A stretch of DNA of 64,000 bases from Chiloscyllium plagiosum. Lineage: Eukaryota. Made by a program: the position numbers and the translations under genes. The stretch's first letter is position 1, and each line of letters opens with the position of its first letter. The stretch covers positions 39,865,470 to 39,929,469 of the forward strand of contig NC_057712.1 of NCBI RefSeq assembly GCF_004010195.1, in the 5' to 3' direction. Below are positions 12,481-24,924 of the stretch, piece after piece. The notes beneath the pieces were generated by a model. That model had not been told where the DNA came from and searched no databases. It worked only from the letters and a program-made list of their open reading frames with translations.

Positions 12481-13043
12481 TGCCTCTGGAGTAGAGGATC
12501 TCTGTGCTCCCAGAACATCTGGTCAAATTCCAATGCAGTTAAGAGTGTGAGGGCAGTCTCTGGTTCCAACTGCATGTACTTGAGCTTTACAGGTAGTTAC
12601 TAACCAACATTTAACAGACCAGCAGGGGTGAAGGAAGTGCAAGAGTTTATGAGAATGGAGGGCATGACAGGGTGGGTGTTTATTCGTTACACTACGGCTG
12701 GGATTAGGGAACTGTGAGAAAAGCAAATGTGCAATTTGAAGGGGTTGATCAAGATGAAGAATAACAAGAATGTTGGGTTAGGCTAGACAAGGAGAGGAAG
12801 GCTGATATGAAGAGGAGTGAGGGGTGGGATAGGGTGGGGAAAAGAACACAGCCTGAAAATAATCAGAGAGAACAATTTGAAATGTATCCAATCTCCCTGT
12901 GCATTGACTTCTCGGAGACACAAAGTAATAACTTGTCTGGAATTGAATGAAAGTTCTCCCTAATTGAAGAAACCTTTAAAATGTAGAGAAAATAAAACCA
13001 TAATTGATTTTTTTTAAAACAAAATGCAACACAGACTACTCAC

Positions 13044-13161
13044 CAAGTCAATGTTCAATTTCTCCAGAGCAAGTTTGGCAGCATTGTGCTTAGCTTCCTT
13101 CTTGGTTTTCCCCTTGGCTTCTGGGAATGTTTCTTCATCAATCACTGCATTGAATATGAAC
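13044..13161 (-). CDS. EIF2AK2: EIF2AK2/PKR exon, dsRBM1 C-terminal half
   Basis: FIFNAVIDEETFPEAKGKTKKEAKHNAAKLALEKLNIDL (KKEAK.AAKLA motif of PKR dsRBM1); tgtag acceptor, gtgagt donor. Confidence 0.93.
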
Positions 13162-13254
13162 CTACATCAAAAGGAACATTGGAGTAAGGGCAGCATAGCA
13201 CAATTCTTTTATCCCGCCTGTACCTTTATTGATACGTAAGATAGTATGAAGATT

Positions 13255-15230
13255 ACTTGAGGGACCTCGGGATTCACAGAGATCCGCTCCACTTTGTGTT
13301 CCAAGTGCATTGGAACTAAAACTACTTCATCAGAAAGACTGAATAGAGTGGCGCTCATTGTCTTTCAAGAAAAGAGATACCTGCAACAGGGTCTTCAAAA
13401 CGGCTTGACAGGGTGGATCCACAAGATGTTTCCACTTGTGGGAGAGACTCAAATAATGCCCTAAATGTAAGATAGTCACTAATAATTTCAGCAGAGAATT
13501 CAAAATATTTTTTTTCATCCAGGAATGGTGAGAATGTGGAACGTGGGAGTGAAGAAGAATAGTAGAGATGCATTTAAGGGGAACTTGCGAAGGAGACAGA
13601 AAGGGAAAGCTGTCGATGGTGAAGAAGGTGGAGGAAGTTGATGGAACACCAGTACTGGCATACACCTGTTGAGTTGCAGTCACTGAGAGGAAGCATGCTG
13701 ATGTAGTACACAGCGAAGAAGGTAAATGATATGTTGGCCTTCATATTGAGAGGATGTGAGTACAAGAGCAGGGATTTTGTTTCTGAGGAGGTAACAAGTA
13801 GGATGTTACAAGGAATTATGTAATATATGTGAAGTTTTAGAAGGCTTTTGATAAGATACCACACTTAATAAGAGTCCACGGTGTTGAAGGTAGGACATTA
13901 GCATGGATAGTGGATTGGCCAACTAATAGACAGAGAATTGGGATAAGGGGAGAATTTTTAGGCAACTAATCTAAAACTATATTGGAATGCAATAGGGATC
14001 AGTGCTGGGACTACAACTATTTACAATACATATCAATGATTTGAATGAGGAAAATGAATATACTGTAGGCAAGTTTGTGGATAATACAAAAATAGGTTGG
14101 AAGGCAAGTGCTGAAGATGACTCGGTCTGCAGAGGGATGCAGAAATTTAAGGGGGAAGAAAAAAACTTGGTAGTTGGAATATAATGTGGGAAAATGTGAA
14201 GTTATGCACTTTGGCAGTAAGAATAGAGAAGCTGAATATTATTTAAATGGGAAAGACAGCAGAAAAAGCTACAGAACAGAGGGATTTGGGAATCCACATC
14301 CTTGAATCACAAAAAGCTGGCATCAATGGGGAAGGCAAAAAATATGCTGACTATTATTTTAAAGGGAAAGAAACATAAAAGTAGGGAGGTTTTGCAAAAA
14401 CTGTACAAGGCACTAGTATGCAGATGGAATATTGCAGACAGCGTTGGGCTCCTTATCTAATAAAGATGTCCTCTCATGGGAGGCAGGCCAGAAAAAGCTT
14501 GCTAGGTTGATACTAGGTTTGGAGGGACTTTCTTATGAAGATAGGTTGAGCAGATTGGGCCTGAAGTTGTTGAAATGCAGAAGGATAAGAGATAACCTTA
14601 TTGAAGTGTACAGGATTGTTATGGGACTTGAGAGGGTAGATGTGGAAAGGTTGTTTCCACTTTGGGCAGAGTTTGGGGACGAGAGGGCATAATCTCAAAA
14701 TAAGCAATCACACATTTAAGACAGAGATGAGGGGAATCTCTGCTCTTTAAGGGTAGTGAATCTATGGAATTCTTTACCACAGAGGACTGTTAAGATTGGG
14801 TCATTGAGTATATTGAAGCCTCAGGCAGACAGATTTTTAGACAGTAAAGGAATCAAGGGTTATGGAGAAGGTGCAAGAAGGTGGAGTTGAGGGTTTTCAT
14901 ATCAGCCATTACCTCTTTGAATGGTGGAGCACACTCAATGGGCTGACTGGCCTATTTTTGCTCATATGTCTTATGATCTTATAGATGCCTTGCTACAATT
15001 GTACAGGACTTTGCTGAGACCCTACCTGGAGTATTATGTGCATCTTTGGGCTCCTTATCTGAGGAATGATGTTCTTGAGAGAGTGCACTAATGGTTTACC
15101 ATGCTGATTACTGGAATGAGAGGACTGACATACGAAGGGAGACTGTTAGGGCTGTATTCACTGGAGTTCAGAAATAGTGAGGGGAGAATCGTGCAGAAAC
15201 TGATAAAATTCTAACAGGAATAGACAGATG
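13255..15230 (+). mobile_element. Cluster of degenerate CR1 fragments
   Basis: RT remnants (GSVLGLQLFTIHINDL, KFVDNTKIG, LSYEDRLSRLGL). Confidence 0.8.
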
Positions 15231-15679
15231 TGATACTATGGACTTCAGAACTTTAACAATTCTTTGAAGGGATCAACAATGACAAACAGTTGTACGCAGA
15301 AAGAATCAACAATAACTCTGTCTGAAATAAACTATTAAGGGACATGGATAACCTTATAGGGAAATTAGCCATGTCTGGGAGAAGAAGGAATCAAACTGAC
15401 ATGAATGAAACTGTTTTAACTGGCTGCCTTGTGCCACAAGGACAACTAATTACCTTGCAGAAGAATCAAAAGAGTTAATCACAGGAAAACTGTGTCTTCA
15501 AACAGGCAGTCAATCCCAAATGTAAGAAGGAACACAAAAGTTATTTCAGATAAGAAGGCAAGCTGCAGGCTGATGTGTTCCATAGGAGTAATTGACTTTT
15601 TGGATGAATGGAATCTAAAGAATCATCAATCATATCACATTATGGACCTAAAGGATGAAAATTATTCTAGTGTATGACT

Positions 15680-16110
15680 CTATGGCTCCACTTTAATCTT
15701 TCTCAGGGACTGAGCCTCCACTGCCCTCTGGGACACAGATTTCCAAAGGTTCACAGCCCTCTGAGTCTCAGACCCAAAATGCATCCCTTTTACTCTTACG
15801 TTGTACCTCCTGATTCTGTACTTCCTACCTAGGGGAGACATCTTACTTGCATTTCCTGTCTATCCCTTGACATATTTTGTAGGCTTCAATGTGATCTCCT
15901 TCCATGCTTCAAAACTCTCGGGATTAAGACTCCAGTTTGCTCAATTTCTCTTCACAGGACAGGCCCACTATCCTGGAACAGCTCTGGTGAACCTTCAAAG
16001 CAAAATATCTTTCTGGATATAGGAGACCAAATCATACACAGCTGCAGTCTAACCAAGCTCTTTCAAATTAAAGCAAGACTTCACTACTTCTTTACTCAAA
16101 TCCTTGTCGA
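15680..16110 (-). mobile_element. Degenerate CR1 fragment
   Basis: Similarity to the CR1 3' end on the minus strand. Confidence 0.6.
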
Positions 16111-17596
16111 TTTTTGTCTAGTTATTCTTTTCTTTATTTCTTCATGGGATAAGGGTATCACTAGCAAGTCAGCGTTTGTTATTTATCACATATCACCCTT
16201 GAACTGAATGGCCTGCTGGGCCATTCATTGTTAAGGGTCAATTACATCACTGTATGTCTGGAGCATACGTAGATGAGACAAGGCAGGAACAGTTGACTTA
16301 CTTCCTAAAAGATATTAGTGAACCAAATGGACTTTGACAATACTTGATAACAGTTGACGTCTTCACCATTACTGAGAGTAGCTTTCAGTTCAAGATTGAT
16401 TAACTGAAATGAAATTTAACCAGTTGCCATGGTGGGATTTGAATTTCTCTCTCTTTGAGTTTGTTTCCGTTGATGAAGCCAAAACGTGGTGAGCAGTCCG
16501 CACAACCTTTCAATGTGGAGACTAGGAGTTTGTTATTTCTGTGTGACACTCACACAGCCAAGTGAAGGCATGGAGTGGCAATGGAAGCTAGCTTATTGCA
16601 AAGAGCATTTTTTGTCAATAAGAACTGAGTTCATCTTTAAAATGTATTCATTCTTGGAATACTGTCATTTCCAGCAAGGCCAGCATTTAATGTCCACTCC
16701 TTGTTAGCCTTTTCAAAGGAGTTGGTGTGTCTTCTTTGATCACTGCACCCATGATATCATCAGGATTCTCTGCAATCTTGATACGACAAAGTGGGCCATT
16801 TGTGAAAATAGTCAAGGGTCAGTCACATTGGTTTGGGGTGAGAGTTACCTATTAGCCAAACCAGATAAGGGAACCACATTTCTTCACTAGAAGGACAGCA
16901 GTGAGTGATTTAGATTCTTACAACTATTAACAGCTTTGTGGGCATGTTTACTGGTAACAGTTTCCTAAAAACTGAATTCATTTCTCAAACTGTTCAAGGA
17001 TTACCACAGCAGTATCAGCAGCACCCTACTATTGTACACAACACAATTAACAGGCAAGGTTTGCTGCTGCCACACAGAAAATGGTCACGTCACATACAGC
17101 ACATGCAAATTCCAAAACCAAAACGCATACTGGCCTCGGCTAGTTAGAAGCTCACGATTAATACTGAACTTCCAAAGAAGTTGCAAGAAGCATTCAACAG
17201 TCACTTGCATTGATATGGCACCTTTAATATTGTAAAATGCGCTATCAGTCAAGATTTGATATCAAGTCTCGTGAAGTATTAGAACAAGTGAGCAAAAGCT
17301 TGATCAAAGAGGAGTATTTTAAAAGGTCAAGTGAGAGTTAAATGGGTGAGAGGCTTACAGAGAGAATTTCAAAGATTACGGCTTCAGCAGCTGAAGACAT
17401 GTTTGCTAATGGCACAGTGATAAAAATCAGAAACTCACATGAGCTCAGAATTGGAAGAGCAGTTTGATCATAGCAGGTTGTAGAACTGGAGTAGGTTACA
17501 GAAATAGGGAGGAATGAGGCCACCTAATGTTTCTTGGTGTGGAATGATACAGCTTTGGATAACAAGGTTAAAGAAATGTATTTCTAAACCACTTAC

Positions 17597-17715
17597 ACAA
17601 TGTCGTGAGGGGGCCCAAACTGTTTGCATTCCCATTCCAAAGTCTTTCCAATTTTATTTGCGTGCAGCTGGAGTTGCTCCACAGCTTTGTATAAAGGAGG
17701 ACCTGAAGTTGCCAT
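17597..17715 (-). CDS. EIF2AK2: EIF2AK2/PKR first coding exon (exon begins at 17727), dsRBM1 N-terminal half
   Basis: MATSGPPLYKAVEQLQLHANKIGKTLEWECKQFGPPHDI (GPPHD loop of PKR dsRBM1); gaaATGg Kozak; tttttgcag acceptor, gtaagt donor; phase 2 joins 13161. Confidence 0.92.
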
Positions 17716-18944
17716 TTCTTCCAGAGGCTGCAAAAATTAATATTTTCAATCAAACCATACAGGATATGATGAAATAATAATCAATAGTTTGTTATGGTCT
17801 AATCATGAACCATAAACAACTACATGAAATCCAAACACCATAAAGAACTGCACTATGAAATTTCAATTTTTAAAATAATAGCAAATTTTAATGTATAACA
17901 TTGTCTTAAACAAACCAAGTGGTATTATCCAAGCAATATGCTTTCTAATGATAATACGCTATACGTGTAGTTTTATTTGTCCCAAGAACTCTCTTAAATT
18001 TTATGGTATCATATTTGCATCTATCAGCACCACCCAAAAGTATGCAACAGTCGTCTGGAACTTCACTTTAGGGTTTCTTAGTATTCCAACTATTGTCAGA
18101 GGTAAGACTTTCATTTATTACTTCCTTAACATGGATGCCTCAGTCCCTTGCTATTCTGACTTTCTCATTACCTCAGCTATTTCTGTTGATTGCTTGATTT
18201 TGCCCAAAAATCTGTGAGGATCTCTGTCAATTCTTCCAGTAGCTTCAATCCACACAATCATTCCAGCTTCTGTTCCCTCACAAAGTTCAAACTGAGGTGA
18301 AGCCTCACCCACATTCCACATGGTGAGTGATGAAGTTGTTACTTTCACCATTCAAACTGCAAACCTAACTATCATTGACTTTGATGATATCCTTTCAGTG
18401 AGCTGCTACTGCATATACTTGGTGCAAGCTGCAACTAACTCTTTCAGCAAACACTGAGATACACTAAAACCAGAGAAACATCCTAAGTTCCACCCATTTC
18501 CATGACAATATAGTATGATCTTGAACTGACCTTATGATTAAGTACCCCTAATGCAAGACCCCATCTTTGATCTGATTTTTAAAAAATTAATTTATAACCT
18601 CTTCAGTTTACTGAATGCTTTTAGGGTAATTTGCCTCTAACTTACAGATAGATCATACATTGTTGAAGTTGCTCCATCCTTATGATCTTACATTGCTAGC
18701 TGTTAACCTTTTAAGACAACAAGGCCAAACCTTTTAATGGCAATAGATTTTGAGTGTCTTTTAATTCGACATACCCCATTTTCCACAGTTAAACTTTAAA
18801 TTTCTAAAACAAAAAGTTCTTTATCGCCAAAAAAACCTCTCAAGCTGAAGTTAACAGAATATTTTATAAATGAGATTGGTAGATTTTGTTTGACAGTGAG
18901 TGGTATTAATATTAGAGAATCAAGATTCTGATCTAACAGAAGAC

Positions 18945-19235
18945 TTGGCTCAGTGGTTAGCACTGCTGCCTCACAGCATCAGAGTCCCAGGTTAGATTCC
19001 AGCCTCGGGTGACTGTCTGTGTGGCATTTGCATGTACTCCCCGTGTCTGTGTCAGTTTCCTCCCACAGTCCAAAGATATGCAGGGCAGGTGAATTGGTCA
19101 TGCTAAATTGCCCACAGTGCTAGGTGCATTAGTCAGAGGGAAATGGGTCTGGGTGGGTTACTCTCCGGAAGGTCGGTGTGGACTGGTTTGGGCCGAAGGG
19201 CCTGTTTCCGCACTGTAGGGAATCTAATCTAATCA
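18945..19235 (+). mobile_element. tRNA-derived V-SINE (HE1-like)
   Basis: Same head and V-domain as 11172 and 38675; aatct tail. Confidence 0.85.
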
Positions 19236-20384
19236 AGACTTAAGGACTAAACAGCCTCCTCCTTTTCCTACCCTTTCAGTGCTTTCTCTCAGTCTAAACA
19301 TAGAAATATAGGAAGCAGGAGTAGGCCATTTGGCCCTTCAAGTGTAATAACACATATATTGTCGTCCCAATGATTGTTGAGTTGTGTTAAAAATCACATC
19401 CCTTTGGCTGCCTGTAGTAGGCAGACTACTGGCCATGCTTGACTCACAAATGTTCAATAAACACATGTAATGTTCTAATGATAGATGTAATTCCCTGTTC
19501 TGATATCAGTTATTGAACAATCCTGTGTGTGACATGCATTATGCTAAAACCAATTTAAGACAATCCATTGGGCTCACAATCTGGCCAACCAATCAGCACA
19601 TGTTTTTCATGAGATATCAATTATTACTCTCCACCATTGCACTTTGGAATTCTTGTGACTGTCCTGATGAACGCAAGACAAAAGGCTTTGACGGGCTATC
19701 TTTTTCTCACCACTACAGAACTGTCATTGCAAGGGATTGAAGTGTTAATATCAGACCTCCTGGTGACTTTCACAGGGAATGAAACTAGGAGTCATGTAGA
19801 ACAGGCAGCAGATCCAATATTGCCTGATGTAAACTTTCATCCAAATCTAAATCATCTCCCCGACCCCCCACATAGATGGCAACAAGACAACTGCAAACTG
19901 GATGCACATTTTTCCAAACACTTCCTATAAAACTCATATTACAGCTGGTAGGAATCCCGGTAGGAACATCTGTTTGTCCTAGGTACACGGAAATGTATTT
20001 ACAGAAGCCTTGAATTGGAAAGCTGGAACAGTTCGTGTGCAACATTGTCTAAGATTCATTCACACAAGTCTAGCATCCTGCAAAGTAATTTCCTGGTCTG
20101 ACTTAGCTTTAGGGGAGTGCACAAGCTAAACATACATTTTAAACCCAGAGTTAAATTTATTCCAAAGGTTGTGTCTTCAATCCATATACTGAGATGTGAT
20201 CTTCAAGGCTGTCACATCCATTGAGTGCTGTCACAGTTCCTGTCTTTTCAATAAGGCCTTTAGGTGTCTAGCTGCTTGCGTGCACACAAAAGTTCCCAGT
20301 GACACAATGTAAAGAAGCTCAGGAAATTCTCTCTCATGTCCTGGCCAATATTTCACCATCAAACTCTCAGAGGGTTGACAGTCT

Positions 20385-20605
20385 TTGGAACTCCTTGCCA
20401 CACAGAGCTGTGTGGACAAAGTCTTTATGTATATATTTGAGTCTGAGATAGGGAGTTTCTTCATCAGCTGAAGAATCAAGGATTATAGGGAAAAAGCAGG
20501 AAAGTGGACATGAGGAATGTCGGATCAGCCAAGATCCTACTGAAGTGCAAAACAGCCTCAATGGGCAGAGTCATCTACTCTTGTTCCCATTGCTTATGGT
20601 CTTAG
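20385..20605 (+). mobile_element. CR1 3' end fragment
   Basis: tggaactccttgccacacagagctgtg...gcttatggtctta. Confidence 0.65.
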
Positions 20606-20999
20606 AAAGAGACACGTCAAATTTCAGTTTAAAAGAGAAAAATCAGATTTGAAGATTTTTATCGTCCCCCAATCCCTGCACACCCAAGGAAATGAGCTAT
20701 AAAATGGTGGTACTTCTGTCAGCTCCTGAACGAACCTAATTAGTGTTATATGGAATAGGAATGTGACTGGTTTAGGAGAAGGTCAGATGTCAGCAGAGAA
20801 ACATTGGCTGAATGTACACAATTCAGTCACTGACAGACTAATTAGTAAGGAATTTCCCTTCATCACAATCAAATGTCCCACTTAACACTCTGAAATGTCA
20901 AGATAATTTTGATAAAAACATGTTTAGTGTAGAAAATATATAGGCTTTTTCTCCAGTTATATCATTTCAATTTCCTTTCCTTCAATTCTCTATTAATTA

Positions 21000-22047
21000 G
21001 ATGTGAACATAGGAAGTATAGTTAGTAAGTTTGCTGATGACATCAAAATTGGAGGTGTAGTGGACAGCGAAGAAGGTTACCTCAGATTACAACAGGATCT
21101 TGATCAGATGAGCCAATGGGCTGAGGAGTAGCAGATGGAGTTTAATTTAGATAATTGTGAGTTGCTGTATTTTGGGAAAGCAAATCTTAGCAGGACTTAT
21201 ACACTTAATGGTAAGGTCCTAGGGAGTGTTGCTGAACAAAGGTACTTTGGAGTCCAGGTTCATAGCTCCTTGAAAGTGGAGTCGCAGGTAGATAGGATAG
21301 TGAAGAAGGCATTTAGGTATGCTTTCCTTTATTGGTCAGAGCATTGCGTACTGGAGTTGGAAAGACATGTTGCAGCTATACAGGACACTGGTTAAGCCAT
21401 GGATGTAAGTTTTCTCACTGAGCTGGAAGATTCATTTTCAGACATTTCGTAACCACACTAGGTGACATCATCAGTGAGCCTCTGCTGAAGAGCTGGTGTT
21501 ATGTTCAACCACTTTTGGAATACCATGTGCAGTTCTGGTCTCTTCCTATAGGAAGGATGTTGCGAAACTTGAAATGGTTCAGAAAAGATTTACAAGGATG
21601 TTGCCAGGGTTGAAGGGCTTGACCTACAGGGAGAGGCTGAATAGACTGGGGCTGTTTTCCCTGGAACATTGGAGGCTGAGCGGTGACCTTATAGAAGTTT
21701 ATAAAGTCATGAGGGCATGGATAGGATAAATAGACAAAGTCTTTTCCCTGAGGTTGGGGAGTCCAGAACTAGAGGGCATAGGTTTAGGATGAGAGGGGAA
21801 AGATTTAAAAGGGACCTAAGGGGCAACTTTTTCACACAGAGGGTGCTGCGAGTACGGAATAAGTTGCCAGAGGAAGTGGTGGAGGCTGGTACAATTGCAA
21901 CATTTAAAAGGCATCTCGATGGGTATATGAATAGGAAGGGTTTAGAGGGATATGGGCCAAGTGCTGGCAAATGGGACTAGATTAATTTAGAATATCTGGT
22001 TGTATGGATGAGTTGGACTGAAGGGCCTGTTTCTGTGCTGTACACCT
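21000..22047 (+). mobile_element. CR1 LINE 3' fragment interrupted by a Penelope-derived insert at ~21400-21508
   Basis: ORFs 21135-21395, 21496-21729, 21717-21980 CR1 ORF2; ctatgact tail. Confidence 0.92.
21400..21508 (-). mobile_element. Penelope pLTR fragment with hammerhead core (21441-21474)
   Basis: Interrupts CR1 between ggttaagcca and acttttgg; minus strand CTGATGA-T-GTCACC-TAGTGT-GGTTAC-GAAA-TGTC; similar to 28592-29046. Confidence 0.75.
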
Positions 22048-22129
22048 CTATGACTTTATGACTCTATTTAAGACTGCAATAAAGATGCGCTAATACAAAC
22101 AATATATAACAAATAATAGTAAGAAAAGA

Positions 22130-22320
22130 GGACTAAAGATGCTGGAAATGTGAAACAAGCAGAAAGTGCTGGAAAAACACAGCGGATCCGTCAGCATCTG
22201 TATAGAGAGAGAGAGAAGCAGTGAGTTTACTGACCACTTTCTGATCCTTCTGACAAAGGATCACTGGATTTGACTTTGCATTCTGTCTCTGCAGGCGACT
22301 CTCAGTCAGACTTTCAGCAG
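22130..22320. mobile_element. Degenerate Penelope-derived inverted-repeat element
   Basis: gatgctggaaatgtgaaacaa..gtgctggaaaaacacagc..cagcatctg resembles the pLTR at 43423-43520; similar decayed copies at ~5520-5690 and ~61390-61515. Confidence 0.55.
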
Positions 22321-22864
22321 TGAAATGAGGAAACCTTTCAACAAGGGTGTGGAAAAATCAAATTATCTTGAGCAACAGACAATCGAAATGATACAAACTG
22401 ATTTAAACATGCAGAGATTTATGGATCTTTGAGGAAGATGGGGGAAAGCATGGATATGGAGTAGGTCAGGCATCTCTCGGGATGGTGGAACAGGCTTGTG
22501 GGGGTAAGGTCTGGCCCTGTTCCTATGTAACACAGGCAACATTTGCAAAGCTGTCTAAGGCCAAGGGACCGATAGAGATCGGAGAAGGGGTTGTAAAAAG
22601 ATAGTAGTCTCCCAGATGTTCCAGGTGGATGAGAGGTCCTGACAGACTAACAGTGAGGGTGTTAAACCCCCAGCCTGCCACTCAGAGAGCGACCGTGTAG
22701 CTGACAGTGAAACATTAATTAAATAAGCTGTAAGGAGGGTTTTGGGCGGTGAGGCACTCGCTTCTCCCCTGCCCTGTTTACCATGCATTGCCCACCCTTT
22801 TAGACAGAGTCTAATCTAAGATTATTCTGTAATGTGTTCAGACCCCAAGATAATGTCAACTCAC

Positions 22865-22940
22865 AGTCAGTGTTCACAGACGCAACCTCCCGTCTCTCGC
22901 AGCGGAGATAGAGTCAACGCAATCTGCCTCCCCCTTCAGC
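22865..22940 (-). other. EIF2AK2: Putative non-coding first exon of EIF2AK2 (5' boundary uncertain)
   Basis: CpG-enriched segment just downstream of the ISRE/IRF motifs, ending in donor gact|gtgagt at 22865/22864. Confidence 0.6.
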
Positions 22941-22990
22941 CGGAAAGAGTTTCGTTTCTCGGCCTCTGCTCCTTTCACTTTCGCTTTCTT
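22940..22990 (-). promoter_or_regulatory. EIF2AK2: Interferon-responsive promoter: ISRE-like GAGAAACGAAACT (22948-22960), triple IRF element GAAAGCGAAAGTGAAAG (22972-22988), adjacent ETS-like CCGGAA
   Basis: Motifs read directly from sequence; close to the human PKR ISRE GGAAAACGAAACT; local CpG enrichment. Confidence 0.8.
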
Positions 22991-23627
22991 GCGGTGTTAC
23001 TGGAGGGGGACGCCCTTTGCAGCCGGGAGGCGCAGAACCCTCAGAGCTGGGAGCTGCTAGTGGGGCCCACACTGCAAACACACTATCATGTTTCAGGCAA
23101 TGAAACGGGGCTTGACGCGGCAGGGAAGGGTTGAAGGGTTTCAATACAGGCTGAGGTTTTGGGGCAGGGGGGTTGGAGTTCACAATGCTGGACCTGTTTG
23201 AAGGGACTGTCATATACATTGCTAAGCTGATAGGGGGTCAGGATGTCAAGAATCATCAATATCTCCGCCACCGGGTTTCTGTTCTGTGAGGTACAGCTGC
23301 ATCATGGTTATTATCGAATGCACACCCTTCGATGGAAGCCATGAAGTTTGCATTTCAAGGTCTCTTCGGTTCCACGTGTACCCCTTTCCAAAGGATGGAA
23401 ACCCAGCTCCAGCCTCGAGTTTTCTCTTCAGCTTGTTCCTCCTCTGAGCAGGAATGTATTGGCCCCCTTTATGACAACAGCTAAGTCAGATGTGGAGGAC
23501 TATTGACACAAGAAGCACCATCCCTGACTCATTGCAGATCGATACCCACCAGCTGGCAAGGCTGCTTGGAATGTCATCGTGAGAAACACAGGCAGACACT
23601 CCCAGTGTGGTCATGTGTAAATCCTTG

Positions 23628-24232
23628 GGTAACTGGGAGGTCATGTTGAGGCTGTACAGGACATTGGTTAGGCCACTGTTGGAATTTTGCGTGCAATTCT
23701 GGTCTCCTTCCTATCGGAAAGAGGTTGTGAAACTTGAAAGGGTTCAGAAAAGATTTACAAGGATGTTGCCAGGATTGGAGGATTTGAGCTACAGGGAGAG
23801 GCTGAACAGGCTGGGGCTGTTTTCCCTGGAGTGTCAGAGGCTGAGGGGTGACCTTATAGAGGTTTACAAAATTATGAGGGGCATGGATAGGATAAATAGA
23901 CAAAGTCTTTTCCCTGGGATCTGGGAGTCCAGAACCAGAGGGTATAGGTTTAGGGTGAGAGGGGAAAGATATAAAAGAGACCTAAGGGGCAACTTTTTCA
24001 CACAGAGGGTGGTACGGATATGGAATGAGCTGCCAGAGGATGTGGTGGAGGCTGGTACAATTGCAACATTTAAGAGGCATTTGGATGGGTATATGAATAG
24101 GAAGGGTTTGGAGGGATATGGGCCGGGTGCTGGCAGGTGGGACTAGATTGGGTTGGGATATCTGGTCAGCATAGATAGGTTGGACCGAAGGATCTGTTTC
24201 CATGCTGTGCATCTCTATGACTCTATGACTAT
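23628..24232 (+). mobile_element. Young CR1 LINE 3' fragment
   Basis: Uninterrupted ORF 23607-24146 CR1 ORF2 C-terminus; (ctatgact)n tail. Confidence 0.93.
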
Positions 24233-24924
24233 GACCAGAAGTTCTTCAAATCTATTATGTCCTGCAGTCTAAAGCACCTTAACAGAGCTCATTTCAATTA
24301 CAATTTCAAGCCCTGCATGTAACACGAACAATATTTGCAAAGCTGTCTAAGACCAAAGGACCGATAGAGATCGAGAAAGGGGTTGTAAAAACATACAAGT
24401 CTCCCAGTTGTTCCAGGTAGTATTTGGAGCTCAAAAAAAGTACACATGACAAATATCAAGTTAAACCGTGCTGTAAATAAATGTAATCCCTTAACAGCAT
24501 CTGTGCACTCCAGCCCTGACAGGGAGAGGCAGTTAATGCATAAGCTCACCATCATTTCCAGGTTTCTTTCCTCTGCACCATTCAGACCTGGCCCAATATC
24601 AGTTGTTTCTTCAGGATCGTTAGGTCAGGATCCTGATTCAGCAAGACTGAAGAAATAACTGTTTTTCATTTGACTTGGATGGGAGATTCGAAATGATGAT
24701 GTGTTCCTATACATTTGCTGCCTTTGTTTCTTGTTTTTGGAAATAAAAGTAGTGTTTGAGAATTATTTTTCATTCATTCATGGGATGTGGGTGTCACTGA
24801 CTGGGCCAGCATTTATTGCCCATCCCTAAGTTACCCTTGAGAAGGTGGTGTTAAACTGCGGCATCCAACTCTGACCAGTCATTTGTGGACAAATTTCCTC
24901 ATTGTCCAGTAGATGCAAGTGAAG

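Noticed and set aside
15230-15680. Possible LTR fragment starting TGTGATAC
   Set aside because: No partner LTR, TSD, PBS or clear end could be identified.
17990-18480. Coding-like segment upstream of the first PKR coding exon (possible Z-alpha/PKZ exon or transposase remnant)
   Set aside because: No Z-alpha or transposase motif recognised, and the frames are short and interrupted by stops.
19940-19982. Possible second non-coding PKR exon
   Set aside because: Only a plausible acceptor with a weak donor; not supportable without transcript data.
23607-24146. 179-aa uninterrupted ORF as a host gene
   Set aside because: It is the CR1 ORF2 C-terminus, repeated many times in the window.
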